Assembly: GCA_002104905.1 (NCBI GenBank)
Contig: MCFE01000600.1
Coordinates: forward strand, 1-54,597
Direction: 5' to 3'
DNA length: 54,597 bases
Source: Basidiobolus meristosporus CBS 931.73
Lineage: Eukaryota > Fungi > Basidiobolomycota
Shown here: piece after piece, positions 26,315 through 39,183 of the stretch
Position numbering within the stretch: the stretch's first letter is position 1
Layout of the letters: every line of letters starts with the position of its first letter
Position numbers and translations under genes: made by a program
Notes under the pieces: model-generated
Databases searched by the model: none
What the model was told of the DNA's origin: nothing
Seen by the model: only the letters and a program-made list of their open reading frames with translations

Positions 26315-29300
26315 AGGCCCGCACAGTACCGTCATAAAATCAGCTGAATTCCAACTTTCCCAAAGGTGACAACTATCAATAGATCAGGAACTAGCTTCAC
26401 AGTAGACACACAGACATCCTTTTCAGGGGGAGACCAGACCAACTAGCATTCATGTTGAACTTACCAGCAAAATACCATCAAAATACTAGCTGAATACCAG
26501 CTAAAAATCCACTGTATTCCAACTTTGATGTTTTTCATAGAGTAAGGGACTCTACTGCAGCTTATACATTAATCCAAGAAAAAAAATTGAGAAAAGGCCA
26601 GCAGAGCAGCATCAAAATATCAGCTGAATTCTCAGTTGCTCAAAACTCACAACTCTCAATAGCTCAGATACTAGCTCTTGGGCAGACAAGCAGACATATT
26701 TTCCAGGAGGAGACTAAGCCAACTAGCACTCATACCAAATTAAGTAATCAGCTGCATACCAGCAAAATACTATCAGAATACCAACTGAATACCAGCTAAA
26801 GATCAACAAGTTCCTACTCTGAGACTTTACAAGGGATTTGTTGAGAAGACTGGCAGGCAATGCAATGAGCCTTGCAATACCTGTAGAAGACCTTTGTTTA
26901 TGGGAGCATGCACATATAAATAGGACAATAATTAGCAGAATTAGTGTACATCTGAATACTCAGCAAATATTGACTAATCAGTGTTCAAAATAATTCAATA
27001 TAAATGACTATACCAAGCACCTTTACTAGGATTCCTACTTATGCTTTGATGTTCTTGATATACTTTCAAATACCATCTTCCACCTTAAAAAAGCATTTTG
27101 AACTTTCCACCACAATGATGCACATCAGTGTATTCAATAGATGGTTGAAACCAAGTAGGGCAAGGGATTGTTGTTATAAGAATTTGTAATTCTGCCTAAC
27201 TATTCACCTAGCTTAGTCACTTAGATCATTACCTACACATCTTGGAGAATACTGACCAAATTCCTTGCTGGGACTTGGAATATTTTTACCAAAACATCAG
27301 GTACCCAGAACATGAGAACTCTCAAAGTTGTCCAAACAGCCCAAAACTTTGCACATATGTTCTTGGGACCTGCCTAAACATGTTCTACATGCTTGCTATG
27401 CCAAAACCACACAGAAGTATAAATACACATCTGCATTAAATCAATCATTAAGTGAAACCATACAATCTACTTGTTCTCCCAATCACTTCCAATATCTCCA
27501 AGACTCTTACAACAATTATTAGATGACTAAGTGCTTATGAGTATCCAGCTTACACCTGAACTGCTCATTGTACATGAGATTACTTTTGGTTTTATTTGTT
27601 ATCAAAAGCTTTCACATCTCATTTAGTTTATATGAAACTTGCAAATACCAGAGTTTGCAGCAGCATGATAGGACAGAACATTTGCAAAGATTGTCTAAGG
27701 CCCCCACACTCCTGAAAATTGGAAAGTTCAAATTGATTGGATTTTTTGCTGGTGGAAGTAATGAGCAGCTGATTACTAAATTTGGTATAAAGCTGGCTGG
27801 CCTAGTTTCCCCTTGGAAAGAAGTCTGCTTGTCCTCTGTAAAGTTAGTGCCTGAGATATTAAGAGTTGTTACTTTGGGAATACTGAAATTCAGCTGATAA
27901 TATGATGGTATTTAGCAGACCTTTTGTTGATTTTTTCCTAGAGACTATACAAACAGTATTTTGGGACCCTCTTGAATGTACTCTCAAGATATGTCCTGCA
28001 AGATTCTCCTTAGTGAATTCTATGCAAAGCCATCTCAAGCTAAAGAAATATGTCTGGTTTTAGTAGGAAGCATTATCAGGGCTGTCATTCTTATGAGTTT
28101 AATATATTAATACTGTAACCCCAAAAGGCTTGTCAGCCAAGGTTTTCAGTATGAGCCTATCTATAGAAGTCAGAGAAATGTTCTTTCATGTGATTGGATG
28201 TAATTTGAGCTGAACCTGTTACAAAAAATAAAGTAGATATTACACAGGTTGTAGCTATCATCTGGGTCAAACTGGAGGCCTGTGTACAAGAATGAGTCCA
28301 TGGATCAGACTGCCTGAAATTTTAGAGCTGCATTGGCATTTACTACATGTACACTTGAGTCCTATACTTGGCCACCAGATATGCTGCTGATGGAAGCTTG
28401 TCCAAATCCATCTGTTGCACTTGTAACAAAAGCAATTCACCAAAATCAAAAAACAGATGTGGTAAGATATGTTTTCACTGTGCTTCCAGTATCAAGACAT
28501 GTGGGAAAAGCATAAGCTATACTTGTCAAGTATTAGCTAAATAGAAGCTACAACCAGCCTAAAAGTGTGATGTTACTCCTGGCTCCAATTACTGGTTTAT
28601 AAGAGTAAGCAGTTATGAAGCTTATACTCCAGAATCACTCAGAAGATAAATGCAATATCTCAATGAGCTCAAACTCTTGATTGTGCATACAGGAAACTTG
28701 AATAGCTACTAATATACAGACTATCACCCACATATGACAAATGCCTTTTCATATGAAAGTAATACAATTTTTGGGGCTCTAAAAGGGATTGGCAGTGCCC
28801 ACTAAAAGGCAAGGATACTCTTGAAGTAGAGGAACAATGTCAAAATCATATGAAGTTGTATACCTGGATTTTATGATTCTTAATGATTACATGTTTTCAC
28901 TGATAAAGCCTCAAGAAGAAGTACTCACAGTCAGCTCAAGAATCTAAGAAATTCAGATATTAATAAGCCAACAAGCAGTAGCAGAGAGCTCTGCTTTATG
29001 CTCAAAATAAATCAGATGATGAAAACAAGAAACGTATGCCAATCTGGTTGAGTGTTGTGATAAGGGAACTGCCAGGTTCTTCATAGCAAAAGAGTCAAGT
29101 AAAAAAGTGATGCTATATAAGTTAGGCAAGGAAAGACCATCAAACTAGCTGCAAGCCATTGCATAACATTATTGAATGCATATTCTGGCTATCAGAAAGA
29201 TTATAGATATATTATTATGCCTTGATTGGCAAAATCTTAGCCTCAAAAGATCATTCCAATAAAGCATACTTTTGGTCATTCAGGATAAGTTTTGTATATT

Positions 29301-30120
29301 ATGGATCACCAATAGATATACAACATGTAGGTGAGGATTAGACTCATATTTGTAAAAGAAGGTCATGTCAAATTGATAATTATACTAGCTAGCAATAAGT
29401 ATATTCATATCTAGCATTCAGATGAAACCTCACTCAACAGAAATACTAAGTACCATGTCTCTCTCAGATATACACTCCACAAAAGTGGATTCTACTTCTT
29501 GCTCTTATTTAGGCTAACCCTACCAGAGCACTTCAATAATGCCAATTGTGTAGTCCCTCCTTGGTATTCCTATGTCAATTAAACAAAGATTTTGAATAAA
29601 TAGCTTTGCCTTATTGATACTTTCTAAAGTCCATTCCTGCCCTTCCTTGCATTACCTTCTGAGTTATATCCATTTTTGACAGCAAGTATGAGAATGCAGC
29701 TAGAGTCTATTGGTAGATATTGTGAAAAGAGGCAATAGCCCATCAATATCTAATTGCATACACACTAATTAGATCATTAACGCACTTGGTAAAGGCATGG
29801 TGAAGGTCACATAATCTAATGTACCACCAGAGTAATAATCATATCTCAAAGATAAAAGTTAACTAAAGACTAGATCAATACTCTCATAACATCAGCAGAA
29901 CTTAAAGTTTCCCTAAACAATTCTCAATATCCCAAGTTCTAGCTATTTGGCAAACAAGATGATATATTTTCAGGAGGAGTCTAGGCTAAACAACATTCAT
30001 ACTAGGCTTGGTTACAAGCTACTCATTACTTCCACAAAGAATTACAACTAAAGTTTAAAGGAAAAACACAACCTAAATGCCAGCAAAACACCACTTGAAT
30101 ACCGCTGAATACCAGCAGAT
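26315..30120. repeat. CpG-depleted degenerate repeat/transposon relic with a ~200-bp unit in four copies
   Basis: Related units at ~26315-26510, ~26590-26805, ~29885-30120 (+) and ~27720-27930 (-), sharing ATCAGCTGAATT...CAGACAT.TTTTCCAGGAGGAG.CTA.GC. No long ORF. AT-rich and almost no CG. Confidence 0.55.
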
Positions 30121-30751
30121 TACTAGATGAATTTCAAGGGTGAAATTTTCCATGGTTCATACAGACCCTGCATTTTGACTTGTCAGATTATCTAGAACCA
30201 ATGCTTGAATATGATAGCACAAAATTATAATATCTTGTTTTATCCAGGAGAGCAATAAAACCACATGAAATAATCCGCCACACGTTGATCCATTTAAGAT
30301 TCCATCAATCGCTAAACCCAATTCTTAAGGGGATATCATGAGTAGTTATACAGCATTCCATTCCATATCCGTGGTCCGCTGAAATATTCCAGATCTTCAG
30401 CTTCCATATTTCGTTTATTTCCTATGAAGCAAACAGCCCCCCTTTTTGTATTTACTCAATCACGCCAATTGTGCTTTGGGAAATATCACATCTTATCCCG
30501 TTTGCGAAGCATTTGGGGAGAGATAGACTGAATAACCTACGTTATTTAATACACATGTTCGTAAGGAAAAGGAGTTTACAATACCACTGTTGTGTGTTTG
30601 GCTTGAATAGGGTGAGACATATATGCTATGTGCAAAAATCGTGAACCAGCGCATGAATATGTAGTCGGGTGCATACAGGAGAATACGTCCAAGGAGTATA
30701 TAAATGTATGGTTAGAACTGATATTCAATATCACTCACTACTCATTTTACT

Positions 30752-30964
30752 ATGCGCTTCGTCCACTTTTTCACTCTTGCAGTTATTACCGCTGCCAGCG
30801 TAGTTGCCGTTACCAAGCAACAGTGCGAGAAGACCTGCAAGGCACCAAAGAGCTGCATGGATATGAACAAGACCAACAACTATCACTGTATGTAAATTCG
30901 CACTACGTTAATCGGCCGGTATTTATATTGGTATCAAGGCCCATCGAACCCCACATTGAAATAA
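30752..30964 (+). CDS. Small secreted cysteine-rich peptide (not in the ORF track)
   Basis: MRFVHFFTLAVITAASVVA|VTKQQCEKTCKAPKSCMDMNKTNNYHC. Ends M* at 30895 if unspliced, or PSNPTLK* at 30964 if the GTATGT...AAG intron 30888-30938 is used. TATATAAA at 30697-30704. Confidence 0.7.
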
Positions 30965-31547
30965 TCGGAAAACTTTGCATATCTGGAACGCCTCTGATAT
31001 AGAAATAAATATCATCTTTCACCAAAAAATAGGCTAGTGCTAAATGGCTTTAAGAATGCCGTGCGTTTTAAATCAGCGCTGATGTAAATGGCAACTCAAG
31101 GATGATTGCATTTCATTCCAGTCAAAATATCACCCAAAGTATTTCTGTCCTATACCAACAAGAACTTCACTCGGTGATTTGTGTAATAAATATTTTGTAC
31201 ATAATGATTGGAGTCAAACGGTATCCAGGATTGGGAGGACAAGTAGAACGCACTTGTATGAATTTTGGCAAACTCAAAAAGCTGTCATTAGATCTGCGGA
31301 TGATACAATACAGAGTTACCGCAAGCATCTTTTTCATCTCGATGCTGATTTTAGCTGATTGGCCCAGGAAATTTGGTTACTGCTCCAGGTTGTAGGCTTC
31401 ACCATCGCTTTGTTCAAAATATTTGTAGAATTTTCCTACATTTGACCTTTGTACAACGCCACCTATACTGCTTTCCTCGTCTATAAAAGCGCATTCCGGT
31501 TGATCAGCTCACCACAACTAATGCCTATCTCCGAATCGAACAACAAA

Positions 31548-32562
31548 ATGACCAGCTACATCCAACTTCCTATCGACAGCTTCAAAAGCTCTCCTCTTAC
31601 ATTGATCTTGCGAACAGTAAGCTTGGATCCAAGGTTATGGCCGTATCCGATGAATTTTTCGCCGCCGCATCCAATATGCCCAACCCAAAGCCATCAGTCC
31701 GTGAGGCCAACATGTTCATAGAGACTGGTGCCTGGTTTGATGGTTGGGAGACCATAACCCAGATCACGATTGGGCTATTATCCAACTCGCCTTTGCTGGC
31801 TCTATTGTTGGTTTTGATATTGATACCGCCCACTTTACCGGATATCACGCACTAGTGGCCTCGGTGGATGTGGCCTTTGTTAGTAGCGAGGCGCTGGCTT
31901 AATGTGGTGATATTGGCTATAAATGGAAGGAGGTTCTACCAAAGGTTGAGTTGCAACTAACCTCCAAGCATTACCTCATTCTCAATAACCCTGATAACAC
32001 TCCGTATAACTTTGTTCGCATCAGCCAGTATCCCGATGGTGGAATTGCCCGTTTCCGTGTGTATGGTAGCATACTTCCCATGTCCCCGGGGGATAAAAAT
32101 GAATTGGTCGACCTGGCATACATTGGTAACGGCGCATGTGTATTCGTTTCTTCAAATGATTATTTCTCTCCTGCCTCTAGTGTCGTCTTGCCTACTCGTG
32201 GTGAAAATATGGGCGATGGATGGGAGACCAAGCATTCCAGAACTCCAGGTCACATCGATTATTTGATTGTGGAGCTTGGTGCACCTGGTAACCTTGAAAG
32301 AGCTGTTTTCAACACTCTTCACTTCCGAGGAAATTTAGGCTTCACTGGAGGCTTGTAGTTCTCAGGAAGAAAATCCTGATAACGCCCCAAGTGCTAACCG
32401 GGAAGGCTTTTGGACTACTATCTCTCCCAAGCAGCAGACTGCAGCTGATGTCGAGCACAAATGTGAGTTGCCCCCACGGATAAGGTGTTCACCCACGTAC
32501 GTGCCACCCTCTACCCCGATGGTGGCTTCAAACGTCTCCGTGTTTAGGGCTATAGAGCCTAA
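31548..32562 (+). pseudogene. DAL2: Allantoicase pseudogene
   Basis: Both allantoicase repeats are recognisable (VSDEFFAAA, WFDGWET|HNPDHDWAII, GFDIDTAHFTG, YPDGGIARFRVYG, GDGWETKHSR, YPDGGFKRLRV). Frameshifts occur, including loss of the RR in GWETRR, along with in-frame stops. Confidence 0.9.
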
Positions 32563-33257
32563 AGCATGAGCCTCGAAAAATTCATTCTTGAAAAGAGCTT
32601 AACATGAAATAGATCATAAATAAATGGGTGCTTGCAGTAGATTTCGTCAATTGCGATATGGTGGCAACACGAAACAGATTATTCGGCGAGTCCAAGTTTC
32701 GGAGAATGCATTCGACATCGACAGGTTAAGCTATATCATATCGCTATTAATTGCTGACTAGGCTCGAATCTGAATAATTACACTAGCGCTACTCTTCCAC
32801 TACTAGACTTGGTGGGCAATTTTGGAACTTCTTTGGTTCGCCTTGTTTTATCTACTGGCTGAAGCGGATATTAGTGGTATATTCTGCCATATTGCTGGGA
32901 CTAAAGGTGTATGGCTTACAAAGCGGTGAAAGTTTGGGAGCTACACCAAGAAGGTCAAAGTACCCTTATTCAACAAGATTATTCACCTAATTTTTCCCAA
33001 TTGGATGATTATTCCTTTTGAAAGTAAAATAAAGGAGAGTATGAAGTCCCATATCACACCATTGATGACAAAACACTGAGCTGGGGAGAACCTTTCGATG
33101 GTGCTGACCATGATGATTAGGTACATGTTTCGGTCTATCGCAAGACAGACAACTGGACAAAGTATATTATACAGAGGGGAGGCTTGATAGATTGAATAGA
33201 CTTGCGATATAAAGGACATCGCTTTCCAAACAACAGCAAATCAGTCCTCTTTCGAAT

Positions 33258-33758
33258 ATGCACTATAAATTCGCCATCTTCTGCACTCTCTTAACGGCCA
33301 CTCTGGCATATGGTGACCACCTTCAGTCTTCTATTCCAGTTTCTGGGAGTAATGTTGTTAGTGCCGTGGCATCATCCAATACGGATTCCAGCCCATCCCT
33401 TTACGGAAGAAAGTATTTCGGGTTAGGTAATGAGGTTGAGATCACACCTGATGAAGCCCTTGGAAGCGTTACCCGCTTCGCCCGTACAAGTGAGCCATTG
33501 ACTGAGGACATCGAACCCGAAATGGGCATCTTCAACGATGAGGCTATTGATGATGATGATGATGCTGCTGATAGCGACAACAATGCTGATGAGACTGAAC
33601 TTTGGAGATATGGTCGTTTTGGAAGATTCGGCCGCTTTCGACCATACGGTCCATTCAGGAGATATGGACCGTTCCGACGATATGGTCCCTTCAGAAGATA
33701 CGGACCTTTCCGGAGATATGGGCCCTTCAGACATCATGGCAGATTTTATCGCTGGTAA
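33258..33758 (+). CDS. Secreted precursor with acidic pro-region and five YGPFR(R) repeats (KEP-like or cationic peptide precursor)
   Basis: Signal peptide MHYKFAIFCTLLTATLAYG, an Asp/Glu-rich segment, and a C-terminal 51 aa with 16 Arg and no acidic residue. The 18-bp repeats at 33645-33734 differ at synonymous sites. Confidence 0.85.
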   Translation: MHYKFAIFCTLLTATLAYGDHLQSSIPVSGSNVVSAVASSNTDSSPSLYGRKYFGLGNEVEITPDEALGSVTRFARTSEPLTEDIEPEMGIFNDEAIDDDDDAADSDNNADETELWRYGRFGRFGRFRPYGPFRRYGPFRRYGPFRRYGPFRRYGPFRHHGRFYRW

Positions 33759-34364
33759 TTGAAATACTCTGTAAATGTGTGGAGATTTCAATGAATGGCA
33801 CTGGCCACTGCCTAGGAAGAACGGCTTCCAATAAATGTCATCTCTACTTAATCATTGCTTGATTTTCTATATGAATACCGGCTCTCTGAGTAGCTTAATG
33901 AGATTTCTATTCTTATCGAAGCGCAGAATGTAGTTTGCCAGTTGCCGGTACGCTCGTACCACACGATTTTGGAGTTTTCATCTAGTTCAAATAGATAGCT
34001 ATATAAGCTTGAATACTGTCTTAGGGCCGGATCACCCATTGAGCTTAGCTTAGGGGTCAACAGGAAGTATCTCGGGTGGTACTGCTACTGCAATGTATCA
34101 GCAACGAATTGTATACTCAACATCACAAGGGTCTGTGGCATCCATAAATTGAGTTTGTTAAACAAACTCGACGTACCTCACAAGGGTGTCATCAAAGGGT
34201 AGCAATAAACATTTCAACAAGTGCCATAATCAAACCGCTCACAGCATTTTGAGTGTAGTTAGTGCCTAGTAAGCCCCCCAAGGGATTCTCTTCCCAACTT
34301 CCGAATCAACTTTAGGCCTGTAATTGGTATTGCAGGGAGTTCAACTGGTTAATGTATGCTTAAT

Positions 34365-34768
34365 TTAGGGTTGGGGGTGACAGTCACCAATAGGTGGAAT
34401 ATTTATTCCAATAACCCACAATAAAGCCAAGTGTTACTTGGGTAGCATTTTAACAAGTGAGTAATGGGAAGGGTAATATTGTGAAAGCCTACCAGAAAGG
34501 CTGTTTGGTTCAAGATGAGTTTGGGTAGAGCTGAGTGGCACTGGAGGGATAGCCAAAAGAGATAATAGCCTACTGAAAATTACAACCAAGTTTGACAAGT
34601 ATGACTTGGAGGTAAGTGAGAATTGAGCATTGAGCTTAAGGTAGCTACTCTGCAAAGTGGAAACATATGTGGCATATGCAAGTACTAGGTCTTCAAAATA
34701 TTCAATATGCTGAGCAACTGCTGTATCAGGAGCTTGTCAAGTATTATTCTCCAATAAGACTGCACATT
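34365..34768 (-). mobile_element. 5'-truncated telomere-type retroelement module, RT subfamily C (C-terminal fragment)
   Basis: TTAGGGTTGGGGG junction plus 3' hairpin signal (34365-34432). The translation YWRIILD...LAYATYVSTLQSSYL...LAIPPVPLSS aligns with the C-terminus of the 714-aa RT. Confidence 0.7.
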
Positions 34769-35609
34769 GGGTTAGGGGGGAGACAGTCACCAACATGTGA
34801 AATCTTTATTACAGTGGAGACAAAGAAGCCAGTGCTACTATTGTAACTTTGATACAAGGGTGTCTAGCTGAGGGGAGTTGGTAGGTAAGTTAACAAGGAG
34901 AGATGATGGTTTCTCAGTGATCAGGACACTGTTCAGTGGGAAGGGGGGTAGCAAGAGGGGTGAGAATGATTTGTGAGCAATATTGATAAGGGGACTATGA
35001 TAAGGATTGATATTCATCATAAAGGGAGTGTGCTCCTTGAGATATTGCTGCCAAAGGTCTGTCAAGTACTTCAGGTAGGCCAGCTTGGGTTTTTCTGACT
35101 GCAGAATATAATGAGCAAACTTCTTGACATCAAGATCTCCAAGTATAGCACTCCAGCAGGAGCCAGGTGTACTGTGGTGTGTTCTCTCTTGGCCTTGATC
35201 TTTGGGTTGTTGCAGTGGTGAAGTCTGAAATATAATCTGGTTCTAAGGCAGAGAAGTCTGATATTATTGGGCATAAACCTAAAAGCATCAAGGATTGCAT
35301 GTCTGTAGGGGCATTCAGGCAGATGAGACACCAAGGAGGTAATACAGCAGACTGCAAATTTGTCAAGCTCAGTGCAGTCTCTATAAGTAAGAGAGAGAAG
35401 TGGTAAGCCAGATGCCAGGACAGGGAAGACAAACTGCCAAGTAAAAGGAGGCAGCAGGGAGCTGAAGTTGTAGGAGGAGTAACAGCTGGTGGTTTGTGGA
35501 GTGGCCATCTTGCCAGGACAATTCTCTTCTTAGGTGTGCTCTTGAGTCTAGTCCAGTAGGAAGGCAAGGAATGCCAATATTTATAGTAGAAACCTGAGCA
35601 GGTAGAGTG
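34769..35609 (-). mobile_element. Decayed 3' fragment of telomere-type retroelement, RT subfamily A
   Basis: GGGTTAGGGGGGAGACAGTCACC junction. Clearly colinear with 50715-51555 (ORF fragments 34838..35065 and 35071..35508). Interrupted at 35609 by an LTR. Confidence 0.9.
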
Positions 35610-37390
35610 TGTGGGTACTAAATGTAGTACCAACTCTTTGCCAAGAGTTCTCCCCAGAGTCCTACCCAAAGTCCCCCAGTATCCTCCCTATGAATCCCCC
35701 ATGCATCGTCCCTCCTATTCTTGCTCTTATTGAGTCAGAACACTTACCATAACAGGAAGGGGATCACACCCCTATCTTATCTCACATTGTCTATTATCTA
35801 AGCCCCTCTAAGTGACATATATATATCCAATTGAACCTAGTGAGAGAACAACAAGATTTGGGTGGAATAAACATAAGTCTTCATTAACTTGCTACCTTCT
35901 ATTGGAAGCTATTCTGAACCAAGTGGTACTGACTTGACCTACAAGCTCTCCCACTCACCAAGCACAGTCAGTAATAACCCACATATTTGGTACCATGTCT
36001 GCAGAAATAAGCACAAGTGAGGAAATGACTACTGCAATCAAACTAAAAATGTACAAGGGAAAGAGAGCAAAAGCCCTTGAGTGGTTTAATAAGTTTGGGA
36101 GAGTTGCAGTAGATGCAGGATGAGACAGCAATAAGAAAGTAAGGGAGTTTGCAAAACATATGGAAGGGTCAGCATGGCAATGGCATTATGGGTTGGAAGA
36201 CACAGTTAAAGACAACTGGGATGCACTAGAAGAAGCATACAAGACATGCTTTCAATATGTCAAAGGATACCACTACAAAGCCCTTCTACTGTCCTTACCA
36301 AAAAAAAGCAGTGAGAGCTATGAAGCCTACACTGAACTGTTTCTCCAACAAGCTTGATGTCTCCCAAAGGACAAAATTGCCAAACAACAGCTCATGAGGT
36401 ATTACATCATGGGCTTAGTCAATGAAGTAAGACATAGGGCATCCAAAGAACAACAGGGATGTAAAACATTGCAAGAGTTGGTTGAACAAGTACAAGGGGT
36501 CATCTTGCTACGGGGGCTACCCTATAGTGATACAAGTTATTGAAGGACAGGGATCCCCCATTAGAAAGGAAAAATTGCCTCCCCAAAAGACCATGAGTTG
36601 GAGGAATTATGGCAAAAGGTCCAAGAATTCTTGATCAACAAAGTCCTAGAAGTCCCCAAAGAAGGTGATAAACTCTGGGAAGCTGTTGTAGATCTAAAGG
36701 CCCAGGTGCAAGCCCTGAATCAACAGATGGAACAACTGCAACAACAGTATCTGTGTTATGTATGTGGAGAAGTAGGCCACCAGGCCCACAAATGTGAAAA
36801 ATGGTATAGACAAGAACCCATACCAGACACAAAAGAGGAGAAGGCATCAGAAGACAGAGTCCCTTGCCAGGAGGCCAACACAACTCAGTCAATCTAAACC
36901 CTCTAGTCAGAACAGTCAACATGTGGAAAAATAAGCGTCAATATGATGCTTCTAGAGAGGATGCAAAAGAGCCTGTAGTAGAGGTTCTATCAAAAGGAAA
37001 AAATGCGGAATTAGGTGAAGAAGTATGGAATGAGCCTTAGGAAGAAATGTTGAAGCAAACAAAGAACACCAGTAAGTCTTCCCACAGCCTATTCCCCATA
37101 ATGAAGGTACTAGAGCAAACCAAGGCAACCCTCCCAATGAACAATATACTGAGACTTGCCCCAACTCTAGTCATGGAGCTGATAGAGGGATTGAAGAAGA
37201 TAACAACCCTTCATGTCAACCAGACAGTCCTACAAAAACCAAACAAGGGTACATATGTAAAGGTAATTATAGGGAATACAGAGATTCTTGCCCTTATTGA
37301 CACAGGATCCTCTATATTGATCCAATCAGAGTCATTAGCAAAATATCTAAAGTTAGATATAGTCCCCAACAACACCATTCAAGTATGGTA
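35610..37390 (+). mobile_element. Truncated Ty3/Gypsy-like LTR retrotransposon (5' LTR, PBS, gag, zinc knuckle, protease)
   Basis: LTR 35610-35983 with TGTGGG...CCCACA termini and a TGGTACCA PBS-like sequence at 35988. Gag motifs W.NKF.RVA..AG*...M.GSA..W...L...W.AL...F with stops, CCHC knuckle CYVCGEVGHQAHKC, protease LALIDTGSS. No RT follows. Confidence 0.85.
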
Positions 37391-38249
37391 GTATTGCCCT
37401 AATTGCCCTAATTGCTCTATTTGCTCAATTGTCTTGACTTGGGCAATATGCTTGCTTTTATCCTGAGGATTGTAGAAAAGGTACATGGCTCACAGAGATT
37501 TGTCAGAGATGATGAAATCAGAATGTAATTAAGCTGCACACCAACTCTATCATCTGACTTTGGCACTGTAATCATGTTGCTATGCAATATTACTGTTGAT
37601 CACGTGTTGAACAAAAATATCAGCCATATCAATAGTACGTGTTCATTCATGCGGGCTGCCATACATGATTCATCTATAGCTCACATTGCATTGCTAACAG
37701 GACAGACCTCTAGGGTCTGAGGTATGTGGTCTTCTCAAACCCAAGGATCTTGCCATCAAGTGTGTTCAAGCGTGCATTGTGTAAATAGAAAGCTTAGAGT
37801 ATGCATATAAGCAATATTCAATGCACTAGGCATACAGCCAAAGTAAAGGTGGATATAGAATAGCATTTTCAAGGCATGCTCAACATCGGGAAATGAATAG
37901 AACATAACTACGGTGTAGATGTCAACCGCACTTGGGGTCAGATGCTGCATTCTCATTCATTGCTTTTGATTATTGCACTTGGTGGCCTCAATCATACATT
38001 ATGTATCAGTCCGATCCGATCAGACAAACTGCTGCGTAAACGATGACAAAGATGGGATATTTCCAACGTTATCTCGATCTGCACCATGCGAATCGATCGC
38101 CTCCTGTCGTTACCATGATGCTATTAGCTGAAACTAAACACGCAATGCTGGTCGCCATTCATGATGTCACTGGAAACATAGGTCGAGTATTTAACTGCAC
38201 CAGAGGCTCCTTCTTCCACATATCATTTCTCGAATAACTCAAAAGCACC

Positions 38250-38435
38250 ATGGAATACGAAGGAAAGAACCCAGGAAACGTTGAAGGAGGACTCAAGGCC
38301 GCCGCTCACAATCCCAACGTCTCAGCCGAGAAGCATCAAGAATCGCTAGAGAAGGCATCGCAGATCCATGAGGAGCGTACTGGCAAACCACTGGAAGGGC
38401 AAACCATCGAAAAGGAATCCAAGGATTCAAAATAA
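38250..38435 (+). CDS. Conidiation protein 6 (Con-6) family, copy 1
   Basis: KNPGNVEGGLKAAAHNPNVSAEK...SLEK matches the Con-6 motif N.GNV.GGLKA..HNPNVS. Confidence 0.85.
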   Translation: MEYEGKNPGNVEGGLKAAAHNPNVSAEKHQESLEKASQIHEERTGKPLEGQTIEKESKDSK

Positions 38436-39183
38436 AGAACAGACACACTTTACTGTGTACTTTGAAATCTCGGTTACCATGACCAAGGCCGTATATAAAA
38501 TTGTGATAAAAGTGGAGTGTTGTCTATTGCCGCTCCAGCTGACTTTACTAGATGAATCTATTTATCGATCGAGTACCAGTTGGATCTGATATTCTGGAAA
38601 CATAAATGTTCATTAGTTTGCTCGATTCCTCGATAATGTAATAGTTGCAACTTGACCGGGATTTTATCGAACTTCGTGACATCACCATAGAATGCCCTAC
38701 AATAGGGAATGTTCACTCAGTACCTCCAAACATGAATCTAGTCCGATGATGAGCAGTATTGTACACAGCAGGGGTTGTGGTTTTGAAATACCGTTAAGTA
38801 CATCCAGTGCATATTTAGGCCGATATATAGTGTTGCCGCGAGTTGCTTTATATTAGCTTGAAGAAATGGATAGAGCGGTCGTTTCCGTGATTGGGGCCAA
38901 GGGTCGCATTCTTATACATCGATCTCCTCGATGGGCGCTTCAATCATACAGTGTCTATCAACCAAATCCAATCGCCCGAGCTTCAATGTAAACAATGCCA
39001 GCGTTTTCCCGATCTACGCGTTGAACATCGATCATCTGAAGTCGATAGTATAACGCCATTAAATGAAACTTGACTCGAAGAGCTCACCATTCATGATGTC
39101 ACTGTGGACGTATAGGTCAAGTATATAAGCTCCCATAAGGTTTCTTCTTCCATAGAAGATCTATCTGGCAACACAGAAACACC

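Noticed and set aside
30135-30150. AAGGGTGAAAT resembling the module 3' signal
   Set aside because: It lacks the TTAGGG/G-run, the TCACC arm and hairpin 1.
30628-31002. 124-aa ORF from the track
   Set aside because: It overlaps, in another frame, the much more convincing signal-peptide/Cys-rich peptide gene starting at 30752.
37395-37425. TTGCCCTAA x2 at the end of the truncated LTR element as an inverted telomere or fusion scar
   Set aside because: Only two CCCTAA units separated by TTG. Too short to distinguish from a microsatellite-like duplication.
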